Positions 47,110-60,800 of a DNA stretch of 64,000 nucleotides are shown one piece after another. The number at the start of each line of letters is the position of its first letter. The stretch's first letter is position 1. The position numbers were made by a program, and so were the translations under genes. The notes under the pieces were generated by a model. The model was given only the letters and a program-made list of their open reading frames with translations, had not been told where the DNA came from and made no database searches. The DNA comes from a virus, in IMG/VR virus record IMGVR_UViG_3300030060_005695, one strand, 5' to 3'.

Positions 47110-48228
47110 TTATAAATAGTCCCACAATAACTCTTGGTACTGATTTTTTACTTCTTCTTCATCATAAGGGTAGTTATCTACACTAGGACAAAGACGATTA
47201 TAATCGTACTCATCTAGAAGATTTAGAAAATCCTCAGGACTATCTATATCATGTGCATGTCTAGTTATTACAGTTCTAGCCAAATCAGTTACATCAAAGG
47301 ACTTAAAGGGAACTTCACGTTTTTTCTCTTCTCTTTGTCCTGTTTCAGGATTTTTCACCCAGTTATAAACCGGAGCGTAACCTTGTTTTATCGGTGGACC
47401 CAATAACTCTTCAAGGGCATCATTATAGTCCTCATAATACTGATTAATAATAGCATCATTATATGCTCTACTATAAGCATGTCCTATCTCAATTTCTAAA
47501 TCAGCTAACTCAGGAGTGTTACCAATAAGAACAGCTAAATTATATCTAGTACTTTCATTGTCCGGAAGAAAACCATTCATAAAACGAGGGGTTATAATCA
47601 CTTTACCATTATCCTCTCTAACCTGGTCAAACTCTTCTCTCCAAGCATCTACTTCTTGATTTTGAAATTCTATTCCTATATGTCTAACTAACTTAATATA
47701 ATTTTCTGGTGATAACATTTCTATTAAATCTTCTAATTTCTCATCTATATCATAAGGTTCCCACTCCAAACCTTCTTCACTGAATATTTGTTCAGCAACA
47801 TATCTACAATCATCACCATTATAATTTGAACCACCAAATAATTTGTGTTCCTCACCATCTAATAATTCTAATATAATTCGGTCTTTATCGTAACTAAGAT
47901 TTGAAATTTCCTCTATATAAGGTTGATGAACGTATATGTCTAGTAAATCATTATCTAACATTCCCCGTCTCCATCTATTCATACCCCCTAAAGCGTCAAT
48001 AACGTGGGTCATAGGTTGTTCATCCCAAGGCCAGGTATAACTTATATGTCTAATAAAATCTTCCCCTTTACCCATCTTTTCCAAAGCCTTATAAATTTCA
48101 TGTAAATCACCACCAAACATTTTTGTTATTGGCCATAGTGATTCAAAGTCCTCACTCTCGAAAACTTTAACATACCAAGGAGTAGTTTGTTCTAAAATAA
48201 TATTATGTAAATTGTTAAATAATTTCAT
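47110..48228 (-). CDS. Acidic hypothetical protein with N-terminal MKLFNNLHNIILEQ tag
   Basis: ORF; minus-strand TATTTAT at 48237-48243. Confidence 0.7.
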   Translation of the reverse strand: MKLFNNLHNIILEQTTPWYVKVFESEDFESLWPITKMFGGDLHEIYKALEKMGKGEDFIRHISYTWPWDEQPMTHVIDALGGMNRWRRGMLDNDLLDIYVHQPYIEEISNLSYDKDRIILELLDGEEHKLFGGSNYNGDDCRYVAEQIFSEEGLEWEPYDIDEKLEDLIEMLSPENYIKLVRHIGIEFQNQEVDAWREEFDQVREDNGKVIITPRFMNGFLPDNESTRYNLAVLIGNTPELADLEIEIGHAYSRAYNDAIINQYYEDYNDALEELLGPPIKQGYAPVYNWVKNPETGQREEKKREVPFKSFDVTDLARTVITRHAHDIDSPEDFLNLLDEYDYNRLCPSVDNYPYDEEEVKNQYQELLWDYL

Positions 48229-48255
48229 TACAACATATAAATATTTGGCAAAAAG

Positions 48256-48277
48256 AAAGGCACTACTAAGTGCCTTT
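48256..48277 (-). terminator. Intrinsic terminator
   Basis: AAAGGCACT/AGTGCCTTT hairpin. Confidence 0.55.
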
Positions 48278-48300
48278 ATTTTCTTGGTTGTTTTAACTTA

Positions 48301-48501
48301 TTATCTTTTAGGTGTTCGTTTACGTCTCTTTATATCCATAAGTTGTTTAAGAGCGTCTCTTACTTTACCTTGATATTCTTTATTTTCTTGTACTGCGTTA
48401 ACATTTGCTTCACCTGGATTTACAGGTTGATTCATAGTCCTAGCTTGTGCAGTTTGAGCTGCAGCAGCTTGAGATTTTTTCTTTTTACATCCACATCCCA
48501 T
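48301..48501 (-). CDS. Small basic protein starting MGCGCKKK
   Basis: ORF. Confidence 0.6.
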   Translation of the reverse strand: MGCGCKKKKSQAAAAQTAQARTMNQPVNPGEANVNAVQENKEYQGKVRDALKQLMDIKRRKRTPKR

Positions 48502-48502
48502 T

Positions 48503-48727
48503 TTATTTCATGTATTTATCGAAAGTACCAGCTTTAATTTCATTAACGAAAAGTCCAAACTCTTCCTTAGTAAATTCTGTATAACCTTCATCTTTTCCGC
48601 CAATAATAATTTTATCACGGTTTAGGTCCATATCTATTGATGGACATTTGCATTTTCCTTTCCCACAGAAAGTAATCTCTATACGTTCTGTTGTTAAATT
48701 GTGAGGTAAATCTTTGTTTAATAACAT
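48503..48727 (-). CDS. Small Cys-containing protein
   Basis: FCGKGKCKCP. Confidence 0.55.
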   Translation of the reverse strand: MLLNKDLPHNLTTERIEITFCGKGKCKCPSIDMDLNRDKIIIGGKDEGYTEFTKEEFGLFVNEIKAGTFDKYMK

Positions 48728-48848
48728 TGTTTTGTTTTTTATTAATTATATAATCCTTTTTTTAAAAGATAAAGTGAATACTCAAGCTTTTTACTTTAAT
48801 AATAAATATACAACTAATAGATATTTATGTATAGAACAAATTTAAATT

Positions 48849-51800
48849 ATGTCAGAATGTCTTACATTAGATTACGGAGGTATACTAGAATATTATGGTG
48901 ATGTATGGGAACCATTATGTTGTTATTCTGTCCCAACCCAAACTTACGATGACTTTGTTAGTGGTCTAACAGAATATTATAACAATGCTTGTATAAAGGA
49001 TAGGGTATTTTCTGACTACGTAACTAAACTATATAATAATTGTCTATCTGGTAGTTCTGGTGGTGGTACTGGAGGTACTGGTGTTTATGTGACCGGGGGT
49101 ACAGCAAATGGAGCCAATTCTACACTTAATTTTACAAATAGTACGGGTGGTACATTTACCGTAACAAATAGTGCACTCTTATTTAACGACGCTTTTGTTA
49201 CGGGAGGTACGTTAAATCAAGCAACTGGAGTTGTTACATTTACCAATTCTTCTGGAGGTACTTTTACCGTAAGTGGTTTTGATGATTTTGCCTCCTATTG
49301 GTCAGGTAGTAGTGACGGTACTAGTATTACAACTTCTGGTTCAAATACAACAACTAATGTTAATCTACCGGGTCTTTTAGGTGTAACTGGAGACACCACT
49401 ATAAATGGAGATTTATTTGTCACAGAATACATCAAACATAAAGGTGATGTAAATACAGCAATCCGTTTTACTAATAATAAGATTAGCTTTGATGCTGGTG
49501 GTATGACTTTCTTTGCAGTTCATGACGATGATAGTGCTCCTTTTACTGCTACAGTTAATGGTGGAGGTAACACAATTAACTTCAGGGCTTTAGATGAAAA
49601 TCAAGATATACTTTTAAAAACTGATTCTGAAGAAAACAAAGTTAATCTATACCATGCAGGTAATCAAAAACTGGAAACTACTTCTACCGGTATTAATATA
49701 TCAGGCAGTACACTTAATCAGGGTAACTTAGGAGTTAGTGGGATAACTTACAGTAATGTAGTATCGGCAAACACACAACATATAGCAAGCACATTAGGAA
49801 TATCTGGAAAAACTTATTTAGGTAGTGTAGACACAGCAACTGCAACAGCATCAGACAAAATATTAGTAGTACAATCAACAGGAGAAATAGAATCTATAAC
49901 CACAGCTGCTCTTACAGCATTTACCTCAGATTATTGGGTAGGAAACGGAAGTGGAACTGGAATAAAACCGTCAGGTACCACAACAAATGTCGATGTGACT
50001 GGAGTATTAGGGGTAACTGGCAATTCAACTTTTGGTGGAAGTATATTAGTGGGTGATGGTAGTGTCAGTGCTAACTATGCAGGATTTGGTAATAATGCTG
50101 ACCTAAAGATATTTCACAATGGAAGTCATTCAATAATAAGAGAAACAGGAACCGGAAGCCTCTACCTACAAAGTGACAATAATGTTATAATTTCTAAGGA
50201 TAGTAGTACAGAACTTATGGTGAAGGGTATTGCCGATGGAGCAGTTGAACTCTACTACGATAATGTTAAAAAGTTTGAAACTACATCAGCGGGTGTTAAT
50301 GTTTCAGGAAATACTTTAATCAAGAATGAATTAGGGGTATCAGGTAGGACTTACCTAGGAACTATAGATGCTGCGGGAGATAGTTACTCAGCAAATCAAA
50401 TACTTGTAGCTCAAGGAGATGGTGAGGTAGAATACTTAACAACAGCACAACTAAAAGCAGATATTGCAGATGCTGATTATTGGACTGGTAATACAGATGG
50501 TACTAGCATAACACCTTCCGGTGGTACAACAAATACCGATATAAAATTAAATGGGGGTCTAACAGCACAAACTTTAAATATTAGTGGTAATACCAGTTTA
50601 GGGGATAACGATAAAATAATGTTAGGTGCTGACAATGATTTAGAGGTTTATGCTAATAGTAGTGGTGGAAGGATAGCGGTTGGGAGTAGTACATTACAGG
50701 TTGAAGGTAATACATTAGATTTTACGGATGGTAGTGCTACCAGTTATCTTTTTAGAGGGGTAGCTTCGGGTGCCGTTTCCTTATATCATTCCGGTACAAA
50801 GAAATTTGAAACCACATCAAGTGGAATTAACGTGTCAGGTAATACCCTAGTTAAAAATGAGTTGGGTGTGTCTGGTAAGACTTATCTCGGAACTATAGAT
50901 GCAGCAGGAGGGAGTTATTCGGCAGATAAAATACTTGTAGCTCAAGGTGACGGTGAAATAGAATATCTAACTACAGCTGAATTAAAAGCAGATATTGGTG
51001 ATAACGATTATTGGACTGGTAATACTGACGGAACCAGCATAACTCCTTCAGGGGGTACAACAAATACGGATATAAAATTAAACGGTGGACTTACAGCACA
51101 AACTCTAAACATTAGTGGTAACACGATATTAGTGGATGATGCTAAACTAATGTTAGGTGACGCTAATGACCTACAAATCTATCATGACGGAAGTAACTCT
51201 ATAATACAAGATAATGGTACAGGACATGTACAAGTTAGGTCCGGTACCTTTACAATCTTAAATGCTGCAGGAAGTAAAACATCGGCAATCTTCAACTCCG
51301 GTAGTGAACAGGCTTTTTATTATGATAACGTTCAAAAACTGGAAACTACTTCTACCGGTATTAATATATCAGGTAGTACACTCAATCAAGGTAACTTAGG
51401 TGTTACCGGAGTAACTTACAGTAATGTAGTATCTGCCAACACCCAACATATAGCAAGTACATTAGGTGTATCAGGTAAAACATTCTTAGGAAGTGTAGAT
51501 ACAGCAACAGCAACAGCATCAGACAAAATCTTAGTTGTACAATCAACAGGAGAAATTGAAAGTATAACCACAGGTGCTCTTACAGCATTTACCTCAGATT
51601 ACTGGATAGGAAATGGTAGTGGAACCGGAATAAAACCATCAGGTGGTACTGTTAATGTTGATGTGACGGGCCAATTAGGGGTGAGCGGTGATACCACTAT
51701 AAATGGAAATTTATATGTTAGTCAATACATTAAACATAATGGTGACCCTAATACTTATCTTGAATTTTATGATGATAGACTTTTATTTAATATTGGTGGC

Positions 51801-54800
51801 ATATCATATCTAGATTTAAATGACGCTTCTTCTGCTCCACATGATATTATATTCAATAATGGTAATAATGATGTAGATTTAACCATTAAAGGTGGTTCTA
51901 GTACTATATTATTTACTGATGCTTCTACTCATAGAGTTGGTATAGGAACAGAAACACCTACAGTAAAATTAGATGTTAATGGTGATGTAAAAATAAGTGG
52001 TGACACTTCTATCAAAACTAATCTAGGAGTTACTGGGGTAACATATAGTAATATAGTATCTGCCAACACTCAACATATAGCAAGTACATTAGGAATATCT
52101 GGAAGAACCTTCTTAGGTACTGTAGATGCAGCTTCACCTACACCAACAAGTACAGACAAGATACTTGTAGTACAATCAACTGGTGAAATAGAATCTATTA
52201 CCAAAGCACAACTTACTGGGTTTACTGAAAATTACTGGTCATCCAATACAGATAGTCTTAGTATATCTCCATCTGGAAGTACAAATATTTTATTAAGTGG
52301 TGGTTCTGGTACAGGTTATCCACTAACAATAGATAGAGAAGATAATGGGCACTTCTTAAAATTTCACTCAAACTCAAATCCACATCAAGACTATACATTT
52401 GAGTCAGAATCTAGTGGTTCATTTTATGGGTTAAATTTAAAAAATAAAGACGGGGATACAATAGTTAATTTTGCTGCAAACCAAATGTTTGGGGTAGGTA
52501 CTATTAATCCAACAGTAGCTGTTGATATAGATAGTGGTCTATCGGGAGCGGATGCAGTACAAGTAAGAATCGCGGGTAGAACTGGTATAGGACACACTAA
52601 CGCGGGTCAACAACGTAGTATTTTTGGTAACTCTTATGGTCATGATGATACACGTATGGGGTTTGTTATTGGTGGTTATACCACAGCAGATGAGAAAATA
52701 ACAGTTATGGGTACTGGTGATGTTGGAATTGGTACTGCTGATGCAGCTTCAGGTATAAGAGCAAGACTCCATGTTTCAGGGTCTACCATACTAACCGATA
52801 GTTTAGGTGTGAGTGGTAATACAAATATAAATGGTGTATTATCTGGTGTTACAGATGCAAGATTTGGGGGTAATTTAGGGGTATCAGGTAGAACCTTCCT
52901 AGGTACTGTAGATACAGCAACAGCAACAGCATCAGACAAAATCTTAGTGGTACAATCCACAGGAGAAATAGAATCCATCACTACTGGAGCACTTACAGCA
53001 TTTACATCAGATTATTGGGTAGGTAATGGAAGTGGTACGGGTATTAAACCATCAGGTACCACAACAAATGTAGATGTGACAGGAATACTAGGGGTTAGTG
53101 GTAAAACATTTTTAACTGGATTAGTGGGTGTGGGTACAACTACACCAGACTCCTTACTAGAAATAAGTAGTAGTGATGGTTCGACTACAGATTATTTAAA
53201 ATTAACTTCAGCAAACAGTGGTAATAATCCTATAAAACTTATATTTGAAAAATCAGGGTCAGAACAAGGTATAATAGAATACAATAGAAACGGTGATTTA
53301 GAGATATACAATAATGATGGGGATGGTGGTGTGATGATTGACGGGTCCGCCTCAGCTGGTGGAGACTTATATGTTGCTAATTCAGGCAACGTGGGAGTAA
53401 AAACAACAAATCCTAGTGTAGAACTTGATGTTAATGGTAGTGTTAAAATAACAGGTAACACTCTCAATCAAGGTAATCTAGGAGTTACTGGGGTGACATA
53501 TAGTAATATAGTATCAGCAAATACCCAACATATAGCAAGTACATTAGGTGTATCCGGAAGAACTTATCTGGGAACTATAGATGCAGCAGGAGGTAGTTAC
53601 TCCGCAGATAAAATATTGGTAGCTCAATCAAATGGTGAAGTAGAATATCTAACTACCGCAGAATTAAAAGCAGATATAGGTGACAACGATTATTGGACCG
53701 GTAATACAGATGGTACTAGTATAACGCCTTCAGGGGGGACAACAAATACCGATATAAAATTAAATGGTGGACTTACAGCACAAACCCTAAACATTAGTGG
53801 TGATACTATTTTAGGGGATGACGATAAAATAATGTTAGGTGACGCTAACGACTTACAAATATTCCACAATGGTAGTCATAGTATAATAAAAGATGTTGGA
53901 ACAGGCCATTTATCTTTACAAGGAAATGATTTAAGATTAAATAACGCAGATTGGAGTGCAAATTATCTAACAGCAGCTAACGGAGGTGAAGTTGCTATTT
54001 TCCATAATAATAGTTTAAAATTAGAAACTACTTCTTCAGGGCTTAATGTTTCCGGAAATACCTTAGTTAAGAATGAGTTAGGGGTATCTGGTAGAACTTA
54101 TCTCGGAACTATAGATGCAGCAGGAGGGAGTTATTCGGCAGATAAAATACTTGTAGCTCAAGGAGATGGGGAGGTAGAATATCTAACCACCGCTCAATTA
54201 AAAGCTGACATCGGAGACAATGATTATTGGGTAGGAAATGGTTCTGGAACTGGTGTAAAACCTTCGGGAACTACAACCAACGTAGATGTAACAGGAGTAC
54301 TTGGGGTTTCAGGCAAAACTAACATTACAGGAGATTTAGATGTTGATGGAACATCAAACCTAGACGCAGTAGATATAGATGGTAATGTTCAGTTAGATGG
54401 TACACTAACTGTTGGTGTAGATGACACTGGGCATGATGTTAAGTTTTATGGTGCAACTACTAGTAGGTTTTTACATTGGGATGAAAGTGAAGATTACTTA
54501 TTATTTAGAGATAATGTTAAAGGTGTTTTTGGTAATGGAGCTGATTTAAAACTATATCATGATTCTAATAATAGTTATATAGAAAATGGTACTGGTGCTC
54601 TTTATATTATGCAACGTGCTGATGGTGCAGACATGTCATTTCAATGTGATGCTGGTGATGGTACAGACGCAGAATATTTTAGACTAGATGGAGGTGATGT
54701 TAAAACTATATTTTCAAAACCAATTCAAGTTGGTGTAGATGACACTGGTTATGATGTAAAATTCTTTGGTGATACCGCAAGTTCCTATATGTTATGGGAT

Positions 54801-57800
54801 ACATCAGAAGATAGATTAGAAGTAGGTTCTGATACTTCCCCTAAAATTAGATTAAACAGAAGTGGTACCGGACAAGTATGGCAACAAGAAATAGACTCCA
54901 GTGGAAGATTCCAACTAAAAGAAGCTGCTAGTGCTGGTGGTACATTATACGTAAGATTACAAATTGATGATACTGGGGAAGTAGATTTGTATAACACACT
55001 TACTGTTGGTGGTGGGGATGTAATAATAAGTGGTGACACATTTAATAAAGGTGATTTAGGGGTAACTGGTATAACCTATAGTAATACAGTATCTGCCCAC
55101 ACCCAACATATAGCAAGTACATTAGGAATATCCGGAAGAACTTATTTGGGTACAATAGATGCAGCGGGAGATTCATACAGTAATGATAAAATCCTTGTAG
55201 CTCAATCTAATGGAGAGGTGGAATATCTAACCACTGCTGAATTAAAAGCAGATATTGGTGATAATGATTACTGGCAAGGTAATGGTTCAGGTACTGGAAT
55301 AAAACCTTCTGGTACAACTACGAATGTAGATGTAACTGGTGTACTAGGGGTAACGGGAAAAACATTTATAAGTGGTGATGTCGGTATAGGAACCACTACT
55401 CCAGCTACAAATTTAGAAATAAAATCTACTAGTGATACAACTGTAAGAATATCAACTGATGGTGATTCAGGTGATGTGCCAACTTTACAATTGTATAGAA
55501 ATGGTGCTGCTTATTCACAATTTCATTATGAAGCAGGTGGAGGTGCTAATTCAGGATTACATATAACAGATTTTAGAGATGATGCAAATTCTCATATTAT
55601 TTTTAATACTCGAGGAGATAATGAAAGAGTAAGAATAGAAAGCGATGGGAAAGTTGGTATAGGAACATCAACCCCAACCGCAAAACTTGATATTGATGGT
55701 GATGTAAAAATAAGTGGTGATACTTCTATCAAAACTAATCTAGGAGTTACTGGAAATACATATGTCAAAGGTAATACATTTATTGATGGTACCCTTTCCG
55801 CTATGGGTAACACTACATTAAGTGGTACGTTAGACTTAAACAGTGTAGCAGCAATTACACCTACACCGACTAGTACAGAAGTTATATTAGTTAAAGATAC
55901 TTCCGGAGTAGTAAAATCTATAACAAAAGCACAACTGACAGGTATTACTGAAGGACTATATTGGGAAGAGGATGGGACTGGTACGGGTATTAAACCATCA
56001 GGGGCTACTACAAATATAAAATTAGGTGGTGGACTAACAGCACAAACTCTAAACATTAGTGGTAATACCATATTAGGTGATAATGATAAAATAATGTTAG
56101 GTGCTGATAATGATTTAGAAATTTATAGTGATAGTACTAACGGTAGGATAGCAGCGGGTAGTGGGGTGTTACAGATTGAGGCAGATACGTTAGATTTTAC
56201 TGATGGTGCTGCAACGGAATATTATATAAGATGTGTCGCAAACGGTTCAGTCTCCCTATATCATGATGCAAATAAAAAGTTTGAAACCACAGTAGCCGGT
56301 ATTAATGTTTCCGGAAATACTTTAGTTAAGAATGAGTTAGGTGTGTCTGGTAAGACTTATCTAGGGGATATAGGTGCAGCAGGAGATGGGTACTCCGCAG
56401 ATAAAATATTAGTAGCACAAGGCGATGGTGAAGTAGAATATTTAACAACCGCACAACTCAAAGCGGATATAGGAGACAATGATTATTGGCAAGGAAATGG
56501 TAGTGGAACAGGAATAAAACCGTCAGGTACAACAACTAATGTAGACGTAACAGGTCAATTAGGGGTGAGTGGTGATACCACTATAAGTGGAGACCTACTC
56601 GTTGCTGAATATATTAAACATGCTGGTGACAGTGACACATTCATACAATTCGCCGATGACTCTATTGGGATTAACGCAGGGAATGAACAACTTATTACTA
56701 TATCTGAGTCTCCAACCTTTGTGAAAATTGGTGACGGAGGTGATGTTGATTTTCAAGTGAGAACTAATTCCGACGACAACACGTTGTATGTTGAAGGTAG
56801 TACAGATAATGTAGGTATCGGTACTAACACACCTACAGTAAAATTAGATGTTAATGGTAGTGTTAGAATAACTGGGGATACATTTACTAAAGGAAATCTT
56901 GGTGTAACTGGAAATACATATGTCAAAGGTAACACATACATTGATGGTACCCTTTCCGCTATGGGTAATACAACAATTACAGGAGATTTAGATGTTGATG
57001 GAACCTCCAACCTAGATAACACTGATATAGACGGAACCTTAGTAGTAGACGGTACTAATATATCTCTAGACTCCACTAGTACATTAAATATAGATAACTC
57101 AAATACAACTAATGGTATTACCATTGGTACAGCTACATCCGCTGTACCTATCTCGATAGGACATACTACATCTGAAACTACTATAAACGATAACTTAACA
57201 GTAACCGGTACTTTAGATTTAGATAGTGTAGCAGCAATTACACCAACACCTACTAGTACAGAGGTAATATTGGTTAAAGATAGTAGTGGGGTAGTTAAAT
57301 CTATAACAAAAGCACAATTAACTGGTGTTACTGAAGGTTTATACTGGGTAGAGGATGGTACGGGAACTGGAATAAAACCATCAGGGACCACAACCAACAT
57401 AAAATTAGGAGCTGGATTAACCGCACAAACTCTAAACATTAGTGGTAATACTATTTTAGGGGATGACGATAAAATAATGTTAGGTGACGCTAACGATTTA
57501 AAGATTTATCACGATGGTACGGACAATCATATAGAATCAACAGGAGATTTAAATATTGATACAACAGGTAGTGGTGATATAATATTAGACGCTGTTGGTG
57601 AGATAAAGTTTGAAACAGCCGATGGAGATATCCGAGGAGATGCATCCAATTACTTCTTTAGTTCTTCTGTTAGTGGTAGACCAAGGTTATATTTACTGAA
57701 CACTAATACTGATGCTAATGGTGCTGAGTTTGTATTTGATAAAACGTCAGTAGCTGGAGCTGATGGTGACGATATTGGTAAAATCAAATGGGACGCTGAA

Positions 57801-60800
57801 GACGACTCTGGTACTGGACCACACACTTACGGTCAAATATTAGGTGAGATAGCTGAAGCTGCTTCAGGTCAGGCAGGTGGTAAATTAAGTTTACAGATAG
57901 CTTCTCATGATGGAGATTTAGAAAACGGTTTAATATTACAAGAAGGTAATGTTGATGGAGAAGTTGATGTAACTGTAGGTAATGGAGCAAATTCAATAAC
58001 AACTATTAGTGGTAATTTAAAGGTTACGGGTGATACGTTTACTAAAGGTAACGTAGGTGTAACTGGTAACACCTATGTTAAAGGTAATACATACATTGAT
58101 GGCACCCTTTCTGCTATGGGTAATACCACATTAAGTGGTACTTTAGATTTAAATAGTGTAGCAGCGATTACACCAACCCCAACCAGTACAGAAGTAATAT
58201 TAGTTAAAGATTCGAGTGGGGTAGTTAAATCTATAACCAAAGCACAACTGACAGGGATTACTGAAGGTTTATACTGGGTAGAGGATGGTGTTGGTACAGG
58301 AATTAAACCATCAGGAGCCACAACCAATATAACAATAGCTGGTGATATATACGCAAATGGAAACATTGATGGTGACGGTTCAACAAATATCACAGATATA
58401 AATCAATTAGAAGTTTCAACAATATATGGTTATAATGGTGACACTGATACTAAAATAACATTTACTGACGATGACATAAATCTTACAGTTGCTGGTAAAA
58501 CCGCGATAGACCTTACTTGGGATGGTGGTGGTGGCAGTGATATAAGAGAAATAACTTTTAATGAAGGTCAAGAAGATTTTGATGTTAGAATGGAAGGTAA
58601 TACCGACGATTATTTATTCTTTTTAGATGCAGGAAATGATAAAATAGCGATAGGAACTGATACTGTTAGTAGTTCATTATTAACCGTGGATGGTTCGATA
58701 CAAGCAGGTAGTGCTGGTTTTATCGTTGGCAACGCAACCTTAACTTCAGCTGAATTAGATATTTCTTCTGGTAACTTCACTCTTGATGTTGAAGGAGACA
58801 TAACACTAGATGCGAATGGTGCTGATATTATACTAAGTGATAACGGTACGGACTTCGGTAGATTTAAAAGAGACTCTTCACACTTCATCATCAAGGCAGA
58901 GGATAACAACAAAGATATTATATTTAGAGGTCAGGACGCTGCAAGTACAATAGATGCCTTATTACTTGATATGTCTGAAGCAGGAAGTGCAACATTTAAT
59001 AGGGATGTAAATGTTAGTGGTGTAACTTCTGGTAGAACAGATGCAAGATTTGGTGGTGATTTAAGTGTAACCGGAAGAACATTCCTAGGTACGGTAGATA
59101 CAGCAACCGCTACTGCTAGTGATAAAATATTGGTAGTCCAATCCAATGGAGAAATAGAATCAATAACTACAGCTGCTTTAACAGGATTTACATCTGATTA
59201 TTGGGTAGGTAATGGGACGGGCACAGGAATTAAACCATCAGGCACAACAACTAATGTGGACGTTATAGGCCAACTAGGCGTTTCTGGAGAAACTCTATTT
59301 AATGGTAAAGTAACTGGAAACGGTGATTTTAAAATAGAAAACCTAATAGTATTTGAAACAGGAAGTACAAGTGCAAACACCTACATAGGATATCAAGCAG
59401 GTAACCCAGGACAAAACACAACACAACATCAATACAACACCGCGATAGGGTACCAAGCTTTATATAGTCAAGAAGGTGGTCAAGACGTTGACGAGAATAC
59501 AGCAATAGGTTACAAATCTTTATATTCTCTTACGACTGGTGAATGGAATACGGCAATAGGAACAAACACCTTAAGATACATAACAACTCAAAACGGAAAT
59601 ACCGCTATAGGAAAAAGTGCGATGGGTAATAGTGTTGCAACATCAGGTCAATACAATGTTGTAGTAGGTTATCTTGCTGGTTATAATGTTAAAGGTACAG
59701 GAAATCTTTTCTTTGGTATAGGTACTGGTGCTGGTAACAATGGAGGTTCTAACACCGGAGGTGATAATGTTGGGATGGGTAATTATTCGGTTGGTGGTGG
59801 TTCTAGTGCTGGGGTAGGTACACTAACTAGTGGTGATAGAAATTTAGGTGTAGGTAGTAACGCTTTAGGTACTCTTACCAGTGGTAACGATAATATTGGT
59901 ATAGGGTCACAAGCTGGTGATGCTATTACATCAGGAGACTTTAATATTGTAATAGGTCCGGGACAAGATGTTCCATCCGCGACAGGAGACTACCAAATGA
60001 ATATAGGTGGTATTATTCACGGTAAGGATTTACAAATGAGTACCGGTGAAATACAAATTTCTGGTAATACAATATTAACTAATGATTTGGGTGTATCTGG
60101 AGATACAAATATAAACGGTACCTTATCTGCTATGGGTAATACTACGATAGGGGGTACTTTAGACTTAGATAGTGTTGCAACTACAACCCCTACTCCGACT
60201 AGTGCAGAAAGAATTTTGGTAAAACAAACTTCTGGTGTTGTAGAATCAATAACAAAAGCACAATTAACCGGACTTACAGACTTCTCTTCAGTTGCTACAT
60301 ATTGGCAAGGTAATGGAAGTGGAACCGGAATTAAACCATCAGGTACAACAACAAACGTTGATGTAACCGGTGTATTAGGGGTTTCTGGAAAAACTAATAT
60401 TGACGGTGTGTTAAATTTAGAAGGGGGAACTTCAGGTGCGGCACCAACACCACAACTTAGATTCGGTCCATATACTGATAGTAGTGGTGGACCTAGTGTC
60501 TCACATATAGATTTATATGGTGGTTTATATGGTTTTGGTGTTACTTCCGCTGATTTAGATTATATTACTGATAGAAATCATAAATTCTATTCTGATGGTA
60601 CAACATCTGCAGCAGTAACAATAAACCCAGATACTTTCTATGATGGTATAATGGGTATCAACACAGAAATTCCAGCTTTTGATTTAGATGTTTTTGGTGA
60701 TATTAGAATTAGTGGTGGGTCAATAGGAGTTAATATAAATCCATCAGCAACAGACGGTAGAATTGACGCTAGTAATGATGTAGTAGCATATTCATCGTCA

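Noticed and set aside
52676-59380. Minus-strand ORFs inside the fibre gene, and similar antisense ORFs elsewhere such as 796-1140 and 23597-24073
   Set aside because: Shadow ORFs caused by codon bias of the sense genes; no motifs or start signals.
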